Below are positions 43,745-51,692 of a stretch of DNA of 64,000 bases, in pieces. Made by a program: the position numbers and the translations under genes. Below the pieces are notes generated by a model. That model made no database searches, had not been told where the DNA came from, and saw nothing but the letters and a program-made list of their open reading frames with translations. Where the stretch lies: the NCBI RefSeq assembly GCF_041687135.1, contig NZ_JAWLCN010000015.1, positions 12,033 to 76,032 on the forward strand. Direction: 5' to 3'. Origin of the DNA: Vulgatibacter sp. (lineage in GTDB: Bacteria > Myxococcota > Myxococcia > Myxococcales > Vulgatibacteraceae). The first letter of the stretch is position 1; the number at the start of each line of letters is the position of its first letter.

Positions 43745-44497
43745 TCAGCCGCTCCGGATCGCCACGAGCGCGGCCCGCGCCGCCGCATCGGCAGCTGCGG
43801 GCAGGACGAGGTAGAGCGCGGCGCCGCCGGCGAAGATGGCGATGGAGAAGCCGATGCTCGCCAGGTTGAGCTGCGGCGCGATCCTGCCGAGGAGCCCCAG
43901 GGCCAGGTGGCCACAGGTCACCGCGGCGAGTATGGGGAAGGCGAGGCGCACGGCCAGTGCGGTGCCGGCGAGACCGTGCACCACCACCGCGCCAGCGAGG
44001 GATCGGACGTCGATGCTGCTGCCCGGCGGAAAGGCGATTGCAGAGCGGGTGAGCCAGGCGAAGGCCTCGCGGTGGAGACCCAGCGCGACGGCGAAGGCGA
44101 GCGCGCCCATGGCGAAGAGCTGGCCGAGGGCGGTGGTGGAGGCGCCGCCCACCGGGTCGACGAGGGCGCCGTAGCCCAGACCCACCGAGAGCCCCGCCAC
44201 CTGTCCCGCAGCCTGCGCGGCCTCGAGCACCAGCCGCGCGGCGAGGCCCGCAGCGAGGCCAACCACGGTCTCGGCGATCGCGGCGCCGGCGATGGCAACC
44301 AGATGATCCGGGAGTGCGACCGCCGGCATCCCCGCGCCGGCGAAAGCCGCAGCTGCAGCGACTAGCGCGAGGGCCATCCGGACGGTGACGGGGATGGTCC
44401 CCGCACCGAGGACCGGCACCGCGGCGATCAGCCCCGCGCTCCGGAAGAGCACGAGGCCGAAGCCGTAGAGAAGGGGCGCTCCCAGCACGTCCTGCAT
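43745..44497 (-). CDS. fliR: flagellar export apparatus protein FliR
   Basis: 250-aa polytopic membrane protein in the fliQ-fliR-flhB position. It contains FGLVLFRSAGLIAAVPVLG. Confidence 0.88.
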   Translation of the reverse strand: MQDVLGAPLLYGFGLVLFRSAGLIAAVPVLGAGTIPVTVRMALALVAAAAAFAGAGMPAVALPDHLVAIAGAAIAETVVGLAAGLAARLVLEAAQAAGQVAGLSVGLGYGALVDPVGGASTTALGQLFAMGALAFAVALGLHREAFAWLTRSAIAFPPGSSIDVRSLAGAVVVHGLAGTALAVRLAFPILAAVTCGHLALGLLGRIAPQLNLASIGFSIAIFAGGAALYLVLPAAADAAARAALVAIRSG

Positions 44498-44763
44498 CAG
44501 AAGGGCCCCGCCATCCGCGCGACCGCCTCGGCGAAGTGGGCGGCGAGCCGCTCCGCCATCCAGCTCCCCAGGAACCAGCAGATCCCTGCTCCAGCAGCGA
44601 GGCGCGGGAGAAAGCCGACGGCGGGATCGTTGATCTGCGTCGCTGCCTGGAAGACACCGACGAGGAGGCCAGCCACCAGGAGCGCGGCGAAGATCGGGCC
44701 GCCGACCAGAAGTGCGATCTGCAGCCCCTCGCGGAGCAGCCCGCCGGCGAGCTCGGGCGTCAC
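44497..44763 (-). CDS. fliQ: flagellar export apparatus protein FliQ
   Basis: This is the tail of track ORF 44497..45852. GTG 44763 overlaps the fliP TGA. It is 88 aa with two TM segments, and contains GLLVGVFQAATQINDPAVGFLPRL. Confidence 0.88.
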   Translation of the reverse strand: MTPELAGGLLREGLQIALLVGGPIFAALLVAGLLVGVFQAATQINDPAVGFLPRLAAGAGICWFLGSWMAERLAAHFAEAVARMAGPF

Positions 44764-45446
44764 GTGAAACTCCGGACGAGCGACGAGACGACGAGGTGCC
44801 AGCCGTCCGCGAGGAGGAAGATGCCGAGCTTCACCGGAAGGGAGATCAGGTTGGGCGGCACCATCATCATCCCGAGCGACATGAGGATGGCCGCGACGAT
44901 CAGGTCGACGAGGAGCAGGGGCACGTAGACGAGGAGGCCCATGCGAAAGGCCGTCGTGAGCTCCGAGACCATGAAGGCGGGAACCGCCACCGTGAGGGGG
45001 ATCTCCTCCCCGCGGGCCGGACGCTCGGCTCCCGCAATCTCGTAGAAGAGCCGCAGGTCGTTCTCGCGGGTGTGGCGCAGGAGGAATTCGCGCAGCGGAA
45101 CCGAGGCGCGTTCGAAGGCGGTGCCGGCGTCCATCGCGTCGGCGAGGTAGGGCCCGAGCCCGGCCTCGTAGACACGGGTGGCGGTGGGCGCCATCACGAA
45201 CGCGGACAGGGCGAGGGCGAGTCCGATCAGGACCTGGTTCGGCGGGAGCTGCGGCGTGCCGAGTGCCTGCCGGAGGAAGGAGAGGACGATTACGATCCGG
45301 GTGAAGGAGGTGAGAGAGACGAGGATCGCCGCGGCGAAGGAGAGAAGCGTGAGGAGGAGGAAGAGCTTGACGGCGGTGGAGCCGCCGCCGTCCACCGTGA
45401 GCTGCAGCGCCGGTTCCGCGGCTGCAGCGAGGAGCGCCGCGCTCAT
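44760..45446 (-). CDS. fliP: flagellar export apparatus protein FliP
   Basis: Matching segments are TSFTRIVIVLSFLRQALGTPQLPPNQVLIGLALALSAFVMAP and FMVSELTTAFRMGLLVYVPLLLVDLIVAAILMSLGMMMVPP. Confidence 0.95.
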   Translation of the reverse strand: MSAALLAAAAEPALQLTVDGGGSTAVKLFLLLTLLSFAAAILVSLTSFTRIVIVLSFLRQALGTPQLPPNQVLIGLALALSAFVMAPTATRVYEAGLGPYLADAMDAGTAFERASVPLREFLLRHTRENDLRLFYEIAGAERPARGEEIPLTVAVPAFMVSELTTAFRMGLLVYVPLLLVDLIVAAILMSLGMMMVPPNLISLPVKLGIFLLADGWHLVVSSLVRSFT

Positions 45447-45919
45447 CGCGGGCTCCTGGCCCTGCCGGCGGCGACCTTGCGGCGCAGCTCCTCGTCCTCC
45501 GCGCTCGTTGCGAGGAGCTCGTCGAACCCGGGCTTGCGGGCGAGTCCCAGCCTGGCGAGGGCCCCCGCCTGGCTCTGCTCCAGTTCCGGCGCCGCCTCCT
45601 GCCGTGGCGGCGCCGGCCTCGTGGCGAGGAGCTGGATCCCCGCTTCGCTGCTCCCGAGCACGAGGAGCTCCTCGCCGATCCTGCAGACCACGACGCTGCG
45701 CTTCGGACCGAGGGAAGCCGTTTCGACCACCTGGACGAGACGGCCCGGCGCGCCGCGGCGCCTCGCGAGGAGCAGTGCCACGCCGGCGAGCACGAGAAGG
45801 ACGATCGCCGGCAGCGCGACGGCGCCGAATTCGGGGAAGGCCGCGGTGGCAAGCGCCGCCTCTTCTCCGATGGGCGGGGGTGCGCCGGCGACGAGCACGT
45901 TGGTGAGGAGGGTTCCCAT
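45443..45919 (-). CDS. fliO: FliO/FliZ-like flagellar export protein
   Basis: It has a single TM (AVALPAIVLLVLAGVALLLARRR). This is followed by LVQVVETASLGPKRSVVVCRIGEELLVLGSSEAGIQLL. It sits in the fliN-fliO-fliP position. Confidence 0.7.
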   Translation of the reverse strand: MGTLLTNVLVAGAPPPIGEEAALATAAFPEFGAVALPAIVLLVLAGVALLLARRRGAPGRLVQVVETASLGPKRSVVVCRIGEELLVLGSSEAGIQLLATRPAPPRQEAAPELEQSQAGALARLGLARKPGFDELLATSAEDEELRRKVAAGRARSPR

Positions 45920-45921
45920 CT

Positions 45922-46218
45922 TCAGCGCAGCCGGGCCAGCCGCTCGGCGGGGCTGGCGATGTCCGTGATCCGCACGCCGAACTTCTCGCCGACGACCACC
46001 GCTTCGCCTCTGGCGACGAGCCGATCGTTGACGAGGATGTCGAGGGGCTCCCCGGCGACCTTGTCGAGCTCGATCACGGCGCCGGGGCCCAGGCCGAGCA
46101 GATCCTGGATCGTCATCCGCGAGCGGCCGAGCTCCACTGCGATCTGCAGCGGCACATCGAGGAGGAGATCGAGCTTCTGGCTCATCGGTGGGAGATCTCG
46201 CCGCTCGTTCTCGTTCAT
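45922..46218 (-). CDS. fliN: flagellar C-ring protein FliN
   Basis: This is the tail of track ORF 45922..47124, starting at ATG 46218. The SpoA domain is LLLDVPLQIAVELGRSRMTIQDLLGLGPGAVIELDKVAGEPLDILVNDRLVARGEAVVVGEKFGVRI. Confidence 0.92.
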   Translation of the reverse strand: MNENERRDLPPMSQKLDLLLDVPLQIAVELGRSRMTIQDLLGLGPGAVIELDKVAGEPLDILVNDRLVARGEAVVVGEKFGVRITDIASPAERLARLR

Positions 46219-47228
46219 GCTCTCTCCGTCGCAGCTTCGCTCGGCGCGATGCGATCGCCGGGCATCGCCTGCACGCCTTGCGCCAGCCGAACCGCCAGAT
46301 TTCCGCCGCTCACGAGCGGCATGCCCACCAGCTTTTCCCGGCCCTCCACCAGCACCGGCAAGGGGCGGTTCTCCTCGCCGGAGAGTACGAGGACATCGCC
46401 GACCTGGAGCTCGAGGAGCCGCGCCAACGTCACCTCCGTGGCGCCGAGGCGGGCGCTGAGCTGGACCCGCACCGCCTGCAGTTCCTCGGCGAGGGCGCCG
46501 GCGAAACGCAGGTTCGTTCCCGGACCGAGGCCCGGCGGGGCGGCGAGGAGCTTCTTCGCCGGCTCCACCGCTGCCCAGGGGATCACCAACTGGATTCTGC
46601 CGGAGATCGGGCCGGCGATCTCGAAGGGGGCGAGGATCGCCACCTCGTTGGCGGGGCCGGGGAGGGAGAGGCGCGGATCGCTGTCCACCCGGACCACCTC
46701 CACCTGCAGGGGCAGGACCGCAGCCCACGCCTGGTTCATCGCTTCTGCGAGGAGGCCGAGGAGCCGCTGCAGGACCACGCGATCCACCGGCGTCAGCTCG
46801 CGACTCGCTGCCTGCGGCTGCTGCCGCGGCTTGCGATCGCCCAGCGCCGCAGCGAGCAGGGCGTCGGCGAGCCCCGCCTCGAGGACGGCGAGGGCCTTGC
46901 CCTGGCCACCCTGCAGCGAGAAGACGGCGGTGATCGCCGGTGGGGCGAGGAGGATCTGTACGTCGCCGAGCTTGAGCATCGAGGCCGGGGCGCTCGTCAC
47001 CGTGAGGTCGAGGCGGGTCCGCCCCGAGAGCCCGGCGCCGAAGAGGGAGGCGACGCGCTCGTCGATCGAGTCGAGGGTGGGCATCTGCCCACGGATGATC
47101 CGGTCGCGGCTGGTGAGATCCCACGGAGAGACCCGCGCCTGCTGGGGAACCGGGGGCTGCGGCGCGACCCTTCCGTCGCTGATCGCGCTCATCAGCGCAT
47201 CGAGCTCCTCGGCCTCGAGCACCGCCAT
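46215..47228 (-). CDS. fliM: flagellar C-ring protein FliM
   Basis: This is the tail of track ORF 46215..49733, starting at ATG 47228. The N-terminus is EELDALMSAI (CheY-P-binding LSQxEIDALL-like). A FliM middle domain and a C-terminal SpoA-like domain are present. Confidence 0.88.
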   Translation of the reverse strand: MAVLEAEELDALMSAISDGRVAPQPPVPQQARVSPWDLTSRDRIIRGQMPTLDSIDERVASLFGAGLSGRTRLDLTVTSAPASMLKLGDVQILLAPPAITAVFSLQGGQGKALAVLEAGLADALLAAALGDRKPRQQPQAASRELTPVDRVVLQRLLGLLAEAMNQAWAAVLPLQVEVVRVDSDPRLSLPGPANEVAILAPFEIAGPISGRIQLVIPWAAVEPAKKLLAAPPGLGPGTNLRFAGALAEELQAVRVQLSARLGATEVTLARLLELQVGDVLVLSGEENRPLPVLVEGREKLVGMPLVSGGNLAVRLAQGVQAMPGDRIAPSEAATERA

Positions 47229-47230
47229 GG

Positions 47231-47695
47231 CTACTGCACCACGAAGTCGGCGATGTAGACGGCGCGGACGGGCCTGCCGGGGAGCACCGTCTCCAACTCG
47301 CGAAGCATCGCTTCCTTCATCCGCTCCATGCCCTCGCTGCCGCGCATCTCCTCGAGCGTGCGATCGGCGAGCCAGGCGAGGAGCGCGTCCCGCAGCTTCG
47401 GCATGTAGGTGGTGACGGTCTCGCGCTCCTTCTCGCCGGCGAGCTCCAGCTCGAGGGTGAGGCGGGCGTAGCGATCCACCTCGGGGTTGCGCAGGTGCAC
47501 CACGAAATCCGGCAGACGGACGATGGGACCCAGCGCCGGAGCGACAGGGGCCTGCGCCGCCGCGTCGGCGGACTCCTGCGGCGCCTTCTCCGCCACGTCG
47601 CTGCCGACTCCGCCCTGGCGGAGGAACAACGTCGCGAGCACGCCGGCGAGGAGCAGGGTGTTGAGGCCGAGAAGAAGGGGGACGAGCTTGTTCAC
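47231..47695 (-). CDS. fliL: flagellar basal-body-associated protein FliL
   Basis: It has a single N-terminal TM. Matching segments are IVRLPDFVVHLRNPEVDRYARLTLELEL and AVYIADFVVQ. The start is GTG. Confidence 0.85.
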   Translation of the reverse strand: MNKLVPLLLGLNTLLLAGVLATLFLRQGGVGSDVAEKAPQESADAAAQAPVAPALGPIVRLPDFVVHLRNPEVDRYARLTLELELAGEKERETVTTYMPKLRDALLAWLADRTLEEMRGSEGMERMKEAMLRELETVLPGRPVRAVYIADFVVQ

Positions 47696-47724
47696 GTGAC
47701 GCTCCCGTGTTGGTCGCGTCCGTG

Positions 47725-47739
47725 AGCAAGGGACGTGCC
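47725..47739 (-). promoter_or_regulatory. sigma-54 promoter upstream of fliL
   Basis: Minus strand reads aGGCACG tccc TTGCT, matching TGGCACG-N4-TTGCW. It lies 30 nt upstream of the fliL GTG, with a GGGAG RBS. Confidence 0.75.
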
Positions 47740-47791
47740 TGCCCGCTGCCCCGGCAGAAGCAGACCGGGATCGTCAGGCCGCTGGCAGGTT

Positions 47792-47807
47792 CGTCAGGGG
47801 TCTGACG
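47792..47807. promoter_or_regulatory. CGTCA-N6-TGACG palindrome (candidate enhancer/UAS for the fliL sigma-54 promoter)
   Basis: The sequence is CGTCAggggtcTGACG. Its centre is about 60 nt upstream of the -24 element. The same core GTCA-N6-TGAC occurs at 60303-60318 and twice at 61505-61537. Confidence 0.55.
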
Positions 47808-47904
47808 ACGGCTCAGAGCCTGTGAAGAAATCGGTCCGGCAAGCGCCGGCCCGCTTTCTTCCCTCGCGCTTCGCGCGAGAAACGCTCCTTCTTGCGATCG
47901 CTTC

Positions 47905-47953
47905 GCCCTCGCCCCCTGAGAGTTTGTTTCACAAACTCTCAGGGGGCGAGGGC
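47905..47953 (-). terminator. perfect 23-bp inverted repeat (3-nt loop) overlapping the last 5 codons and stop of motB
   Basis: The sequence is GCCCTCGCCCCCTGAGAGTTTGT ttc ACAAACTCTCAGGGGGCGAGGGC. Every position was paired by hand. Two smaller hairpins follow at 47863-47879 and 47836-47849, the latter with a U-rich tail on the minus strand. Confidence 0.5.
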
Positions 47954-48715
47954 CTCGAGGGCGCTTCCGGGTGTGAGCTCGAGCACGAGGTCGACGCGAC
48001 GGTTGGCATCCCGGCCGCCCTCGCTCTCGTTGGTGGCGACCGGCCGGCTCGCCCCATGGCCCACGGCGGCGAGGCGCGCCCCCGGGACCCCGTGGGCCGC
48101 CTCGAGATAGGTCACCACCGTCGATGCCCGCGCTGCGGAGAGATCCCAGTTGTTGCGGAACCTGCCGCCGCCGGTGGGGCGATCGTCGGTATGGCCCTCC
48201 ACCCGGATCGGCAGGCCGGTGGGCGCCAGCTCCGCGGCGAGCGCGTCGAGGACCGCCATCGCTGCGGGATGGAGCAGGGCCTCGCCCGACTCGAAGAAGC
48301 GCGCGGCGGAGAGGCGCACCGTCAGGCGCCGGCCCTCGGCGTCGAGGAGGACGGCGGCGCCGTCCTGGTCCCGGAGCACGGGTCGCAGCTCCTTCTCGAG
48401 CTTCGCCCGGAGCTTCTGGGCCCGGGCCTTCTCGACACCGGTGAGACCGCCGCTGCCGGTGCCGGTGACGCCCATCGAGCCGCCGGTGGGTGGTCCCTGG
48501 AAGATGGGCAGCTTGTCGATGCCGCCGGTGCCTTCGAAATGCATGGCGAAGCGGATTGCGTTCGAGACCTGCACCAGGCGCTGGTTGTCGACGCTGCTCA
48601 CCGCGTACATGACGACGAAGAAGGCGAAGAGCAGGGTGATGAAGTCGGCGTAGGAGACGAGCCAGCGCTCGTGGTTCTCGTGCTCCTCGTGGTGGTGCTT
48701 CTTCCTGCGGCCCAA
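47939..48715 (-). CDS. motB: flagellar stator protein MotB
   Basis: The N-terminus WLVSYADFITLLFAFFVVMYAVSS carries the conserved Asp. The OmpA-like C-terminus is VEGHTDDRP...NWDLSAARASTV...NRRVDLVL. Confidence 0.93.
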   Translation of the reverse strand: MGRRKKHHHEEHENHERWLVSYADFITLLFAFFVVMYAVSSVDNQRLVQVSNAIRFAMHFEGTGGIDKLPIFQGPPTGGSMGVTGTGSGGLTGVEKARAQKLRAKLEKELRPVLRDQDGAAVLLDAEGRRLTVRLSAARFFESGEALLHPAAMAVLDALAAELAPTGLPIRVEGHTDDRPTGGGRFRNNWDLSAARASTVVTYLEAAHGVPGARLAAVGHGASRPVATNESEGGRDANRRVDLVLELTPGSALEALAP

Positions 48716-48733
48716 GGGATCTCCGATCGCCCG

Positions 48734-49510
48734 CTACGCTGCGGCTGCTGGGGAAGGCGCTGGCGCGTGGGAGCCCGCCTGTGCCCGGAGCCGCTCCTCG
48801 AGGACGCGGGGGTTGAGGCCGTCCTGGATCGCGAGCACGCCCTCGGTGACGAGCAGCTTCCGGTCCCGCTCCAGCGCGAGCTTGCGCTTGAGCTTGTTGG
48901 CCATGGGCAGGAAGAGAAGGTTCGAGGCGCCCACGCCATAGACCGTCGCCACGAAGGCCACCGCGATGCCGCCTCCGAGCTTGGAGGGATCGGAGAGGTT
49001 CTCCATGACGTGGATGAGGCCGAGCACCGCGCCGAGGATGCCCACCGTGGGCGCGTAACCGCCCGCCGATTCGTAGACCTTGGCGCCGGCGACGCCCTCC
49101 TCGTAGCCCGCGTCGATCTCCGATTCGAGCGCGTCGCGCGCCACCTCGGGGTCGACGCCGTCCACGAGGAATTGGACCGCCTTGCGCAGGAACGAGTCGG
49201 AGATCCCGCCGAGCTTCGCCTCCAGGGCGAGGACGCCGTCCCGGCGGGCGACGCCTGCGAGCTCCACCAGCTCCTGGAGGAGCCTGCCGACGTCCTGCTT
49301 CGGTTCGGTGAAGGCGAGCTTCGCCATCTTCATGCCGCGGACGAAGTCGGCCTTCGGGGTGGCGACCATCACGGCGCCCAGCGTGCCGCCGAAGACGATG
49401 ATCGCCGCGGTGATCTGGAGGATCGAACCGACGTGGCCGCCTTCGAGCGCCTGACCCGCGAGGATCGCCACGACCGCGATCACGAGGCCTGCCACCGTGG
49501 TGATGTCCAT
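48734..49510 (-). CDS. motA: flagellar stator protein MotA
   Basis: MDITTVAGLVIAVVAILAGQALEGG... with four TM segments. The C-terminal segment is GGIAVAFVATVYGVGASNLLFLPMANKLK. Confidence 0.93.
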   Translation of the reverse strand: MDITTVAGLVIAVVAILAGQALEGGHVGSILQITAAIIVFGGTLGAVMVATPKADFVRGMKMAKLAFTEPKQDVGRLLQELVELAGVARRDGVLALEAKLGGISDSFLRKAVQFLVDGVDPEVARDALESEIDAGYEEGVAGAKVYESAGGYAPTVGILGAVLGLIHVMENLSDPSKLGGGIAVAFVATVYGVGASNLLFLPMANKLKRKLALERDRKLLVTEGVLAIQDGLNPRVLEERLRAQAGSHAPAPSPAAAA

Positions 49511-49516
49511 CGTCGC

Positions 49517-49723
49517 CTACCCTTCCCGCTGCGCTGCAGCGATCCGCCGCCGAAACGCCACCACCCGCTCGACCACTTCTTCGAGGGCCTCGCGCACCAG
49601 GATGCGCCCGCCGTTCGAGAGCGTCAGCATCGTGTCGGGGGTCCGCTCGACCGTGGCGACGAGATCGCTGTTCACGGCGATCTCGCGGCCGTCCAGCCTG
49701 GTGACGAGGATCATCTCCGCCAC
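49517..49723 (-). CDS. flbD: flagellar protein FlbD
   Basis: MILVTRLDGREIAVNSDLVATVERTPDTMLTLSNGGRILVREALEEVVERV matches the FlbD family. The true start is more likely ATG 49714 than GTG 49723. Confidence 0.8.
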   Translation of the reverse strand: MAEMILVTRLDGREIAVNSDLVATVERTPDTMLTLSNGGRILVREALEEVVERVVAFRRRIAAAQREG

Positions 49724-49752
49724 TCCTCGGCACGGAGCGTCGAAGTCTTAAG
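49724..49752 (-). promoter_or_regulatory. sigma-28-type promoter abutting the flbD start (would serve flbD-motA-motB)
   Basis: Minus strand reads CTTAAG acttcgacgctc CGTGCCGAGGA, i.e. TAAG-N15-GCCGAGGA. The -10 ends 1 nt before GTG 49723 and 10 nt before ATG 49714. Confidence 0.55.
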
Positions 49753-49760
49753 GGGCCGCC

Positions 49761-51020
49761 TCACCGCTTGAGCTGGATCAGGTCCGAGAGGAGCTGATCG
49801 GCCGTGGTGATCGTCTTCGAATTGGCCTGGAAGCCGCGCTGGGCGGTGATCATCCGCACGAACTCGGTGGCGAGGTCGACGTTCGACTGCTCCAGCGCGC
49901 CGGCGGCGATGGTTGCCCTGCCGCCGGAGCCGGGCGCGCCGATGGTGGGCTGGCCCGCCAGCGGTAGGAGGCCGAGGAGGTTGCCCCCGAGGCGCTCGAG
50001 CTGGTCGGGCGCTTCGAAGTTGGCCACCGCCACCTGGCCGAGAACGCGGCTCTGGCCGTTGGTGAAGGCGCCGACCACCCGGCCCTCGCGGTCGATGCTC
50101 ACGCCGGTGAGCTCGCCGGCAGCGTAACCGTCCTGGCTGAGGAAGCTCACCGCGGAGGCGCCAGCGAACTGGGTGACGCCCTCGGTGGAGCCGGGGCTGC
50201 CGAAGTCGAATTGGAGCGCCTGCGGGCCGCTCGCACCCAACGGCGAGAAGCTGGACTGCTGGGTGGAGGCGGTGAGGGCGCCGTCGCTGTCGAAGGTGAG
50301 GGTGCCCGAGGCGACCTCGGTGGGCGTGCCGGCGGTGCCGCCATCCAGCCCGCCGCCGTCGGTCACCGCATGCCACTCCCAGTCGCCGGCGCCGTTCTTG
50401 CGGAAGTAGACTTCGAGCTGGTGGGCGCGGCCGAGAGAGTCGTAGGCGGTCACGCTGGTGCTGAAGTTGGAGGTGGCGCCTGCCTGTGCCACGTCCCAGG
50501 GACCGACCAGCTCCGCGTCCGCGTGCAGGTTGGCCCGCAGGGTGATCGATTCGGTGGCGCGCGGCGGGGAGGAGACGTCGCCGACCGCCAGGTCGCCGAG
50601 GCCGCCGCCCACCGTGCCGGCGCCGTCGGCGGCGTAGCCCTGCACCCGCAGCCCTTCGAGGTTCACGAGGTAGCCGTCGGCGTCGATGGTGAACTGGCCG
50701 GCGCGGGTGAAGAACGAGCCCTCGCGGCCCGCGTGGCTGCCGCTCACCACGAAGAAGCCCGGGCCCTGGAGGGCGAGGTCGGTGGCCAGGCCGGTGGTGA
50801 GAAGCGCGCCCTGGCTGAGGATGCGCTGTACCGCCTGGAGCTTGACGCCGAGGCCGGTGCCGACGCCCCCGATCATGCTCTGGGCGAGGGCCTCCTCGAA
50901 TGCGACGCGGCCTCCCTTGAAACCGATGGTGTTGGCGTTGGCGATGTTGTCGCCGATCACGCCGAGCTCGAGACTGTTCGCGGCCAGGCCGGTGACGCCG
51001 GTGTAGAGCGAGGAGATCAT
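49761..51020 (-). CDS. flgE: flagellar hook protein FlgE
   Basis: The N-terminus is MISSLYTGVTGLAANSLELGVIGDNIANANTIGFK. The C-terminus is ALEQSNVDLATEFVRMITAQRGFQANSKTITTADQLL. Confidence 0.95.
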   Translation of the reverse strand: MISSLYTGVTGLAANSLELGVIGDNIANANTIGFKGGRVAFEEALAQSMIGGVGTGLGVKLQAVQRILSQGALLTTGLATDLALQGPGFFVVSGSHAGREGSFFTRAGQFTIDADGYLVNLEGLRVQGYAADGAGTVGGGLGDLAVGDVSSPPRATESITLRANLHADAELVGPWDVAQAGATSNFSTSVTAYDSLGRAHQLEVYFRKNGAGDWEWHAVTDGGGLDGGTAGTPTEVASGTLTFDSDGALTASTQQSSFSPLGASGPQALQFDFGSPGSTEGVTQFAGASAVSFLSQDGYAAGELTGVSIDREGRVVGAFTNGQSRVLGQVAVANFEAPDQLERLGGNLLGLLPLAGQPTIGAPGSGGRATIAAGALEQSNVDLATEFVRMITAQRGFQANSKTITTADQLLSDLIQLKR

Positions 51021-51037
51021 CTGCGAATCCTTCCAGA

Positions 51038-51688
51038 TCAGGCGGTGTGCAATTCGACGATTTCGGAGAGCTTGATGCGGGTCGTTCCGATCAGCAGTTC
51101 GGGGAAGCCGTTCTCGAAGGAGACGCCGTGGGCGACACCCCTGGCGTGCTGCTCCACGGGGACGCTGGCGCCATCCGTGTCGGCGGCGACGATCTTCACC
51201 CCGTAGGACCCGGGCGGCAGAAGCGTGCCGCCGTCGTCCCTGCCGTCCCAGGCGACGTCGAGCGGACCTTCGGCTGCTGCGCCGAGGCGCAGGGTACGCA
51301 CGGTGTTTCCTGCTTCGTCCTGGATCGTTACGGTGACGCTGGCAGCTGGTGCGTCGAGGTTCGCCACCACGGTGGCGCCGCTCTCGCCGAGCTGGATCTC
51401 GTCTGTGCGGTAGAGCACCTCCCTGCCGACGAGGCCTGCCGCCGCGGTCTGGTTGTTGGCGGCCTGCGCGACGAGGAGTGCGTCGAGGCGTCCCTCTACC
51501 CCCTGGAGGAGCTCGACGTTGGCGAACTGCGCCAGCTGGGCCACGAAATCCTTGCTGTCCATCGGGGCGGTCGGATCCTGGTTGCTCAGCTGCGTCACCA
51601 GCAGCTTCACGAACTCGTCCTTGCCCAGGCTGTTCTTCGACTCGGCGGCGCCGCCGGTGGAGCTGGCGCCGATCGCGCTGGCGTTCAT
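51038..51688 (-). CDS. flgD: flagellar hook capping protein FlgD
   Basis: The sequence contains LGKDEFVKLLVTQLSNQDPTAPMDSKDFVAQLAQFANVE. Confidence 0.92.
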   Translation of the reverse strand: MNASAIGASSTGGAAESKNSLGKDEFVKLLVTQLSNQDPTAPMDSKDFVAQLAQFANVELLQGVEGRLDALLVAQAANNQTAAAGLVGREVLYRTDEIQLGESGATVVANLDAPAASVTVTIQDEAGNTVRTLRLGAAAEGPLDVAWDGRDDGGTLLPPGSYGVKIVAADTDGASVPVEQHARGVAHGVSFENGFPELLIGTTRIKLSEIVELHTA

Positions 51689-51692
51689 CGTT

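Noticed and set aside
40623-44657. 1344-aa minus-strand ORF
   Set aside because: Only the 3' 689 codons (from ATG 42692) are FlhA. Upstream it runs out of frame across flhB, fliR and fliQ, which have their own clear frames.
46215-49733. 1172-aa minus-strand ORF
   Set aside because: Only the 3' 337 codons are FliM. The remainder is a wrong-frame read across fliL, motB and motA.
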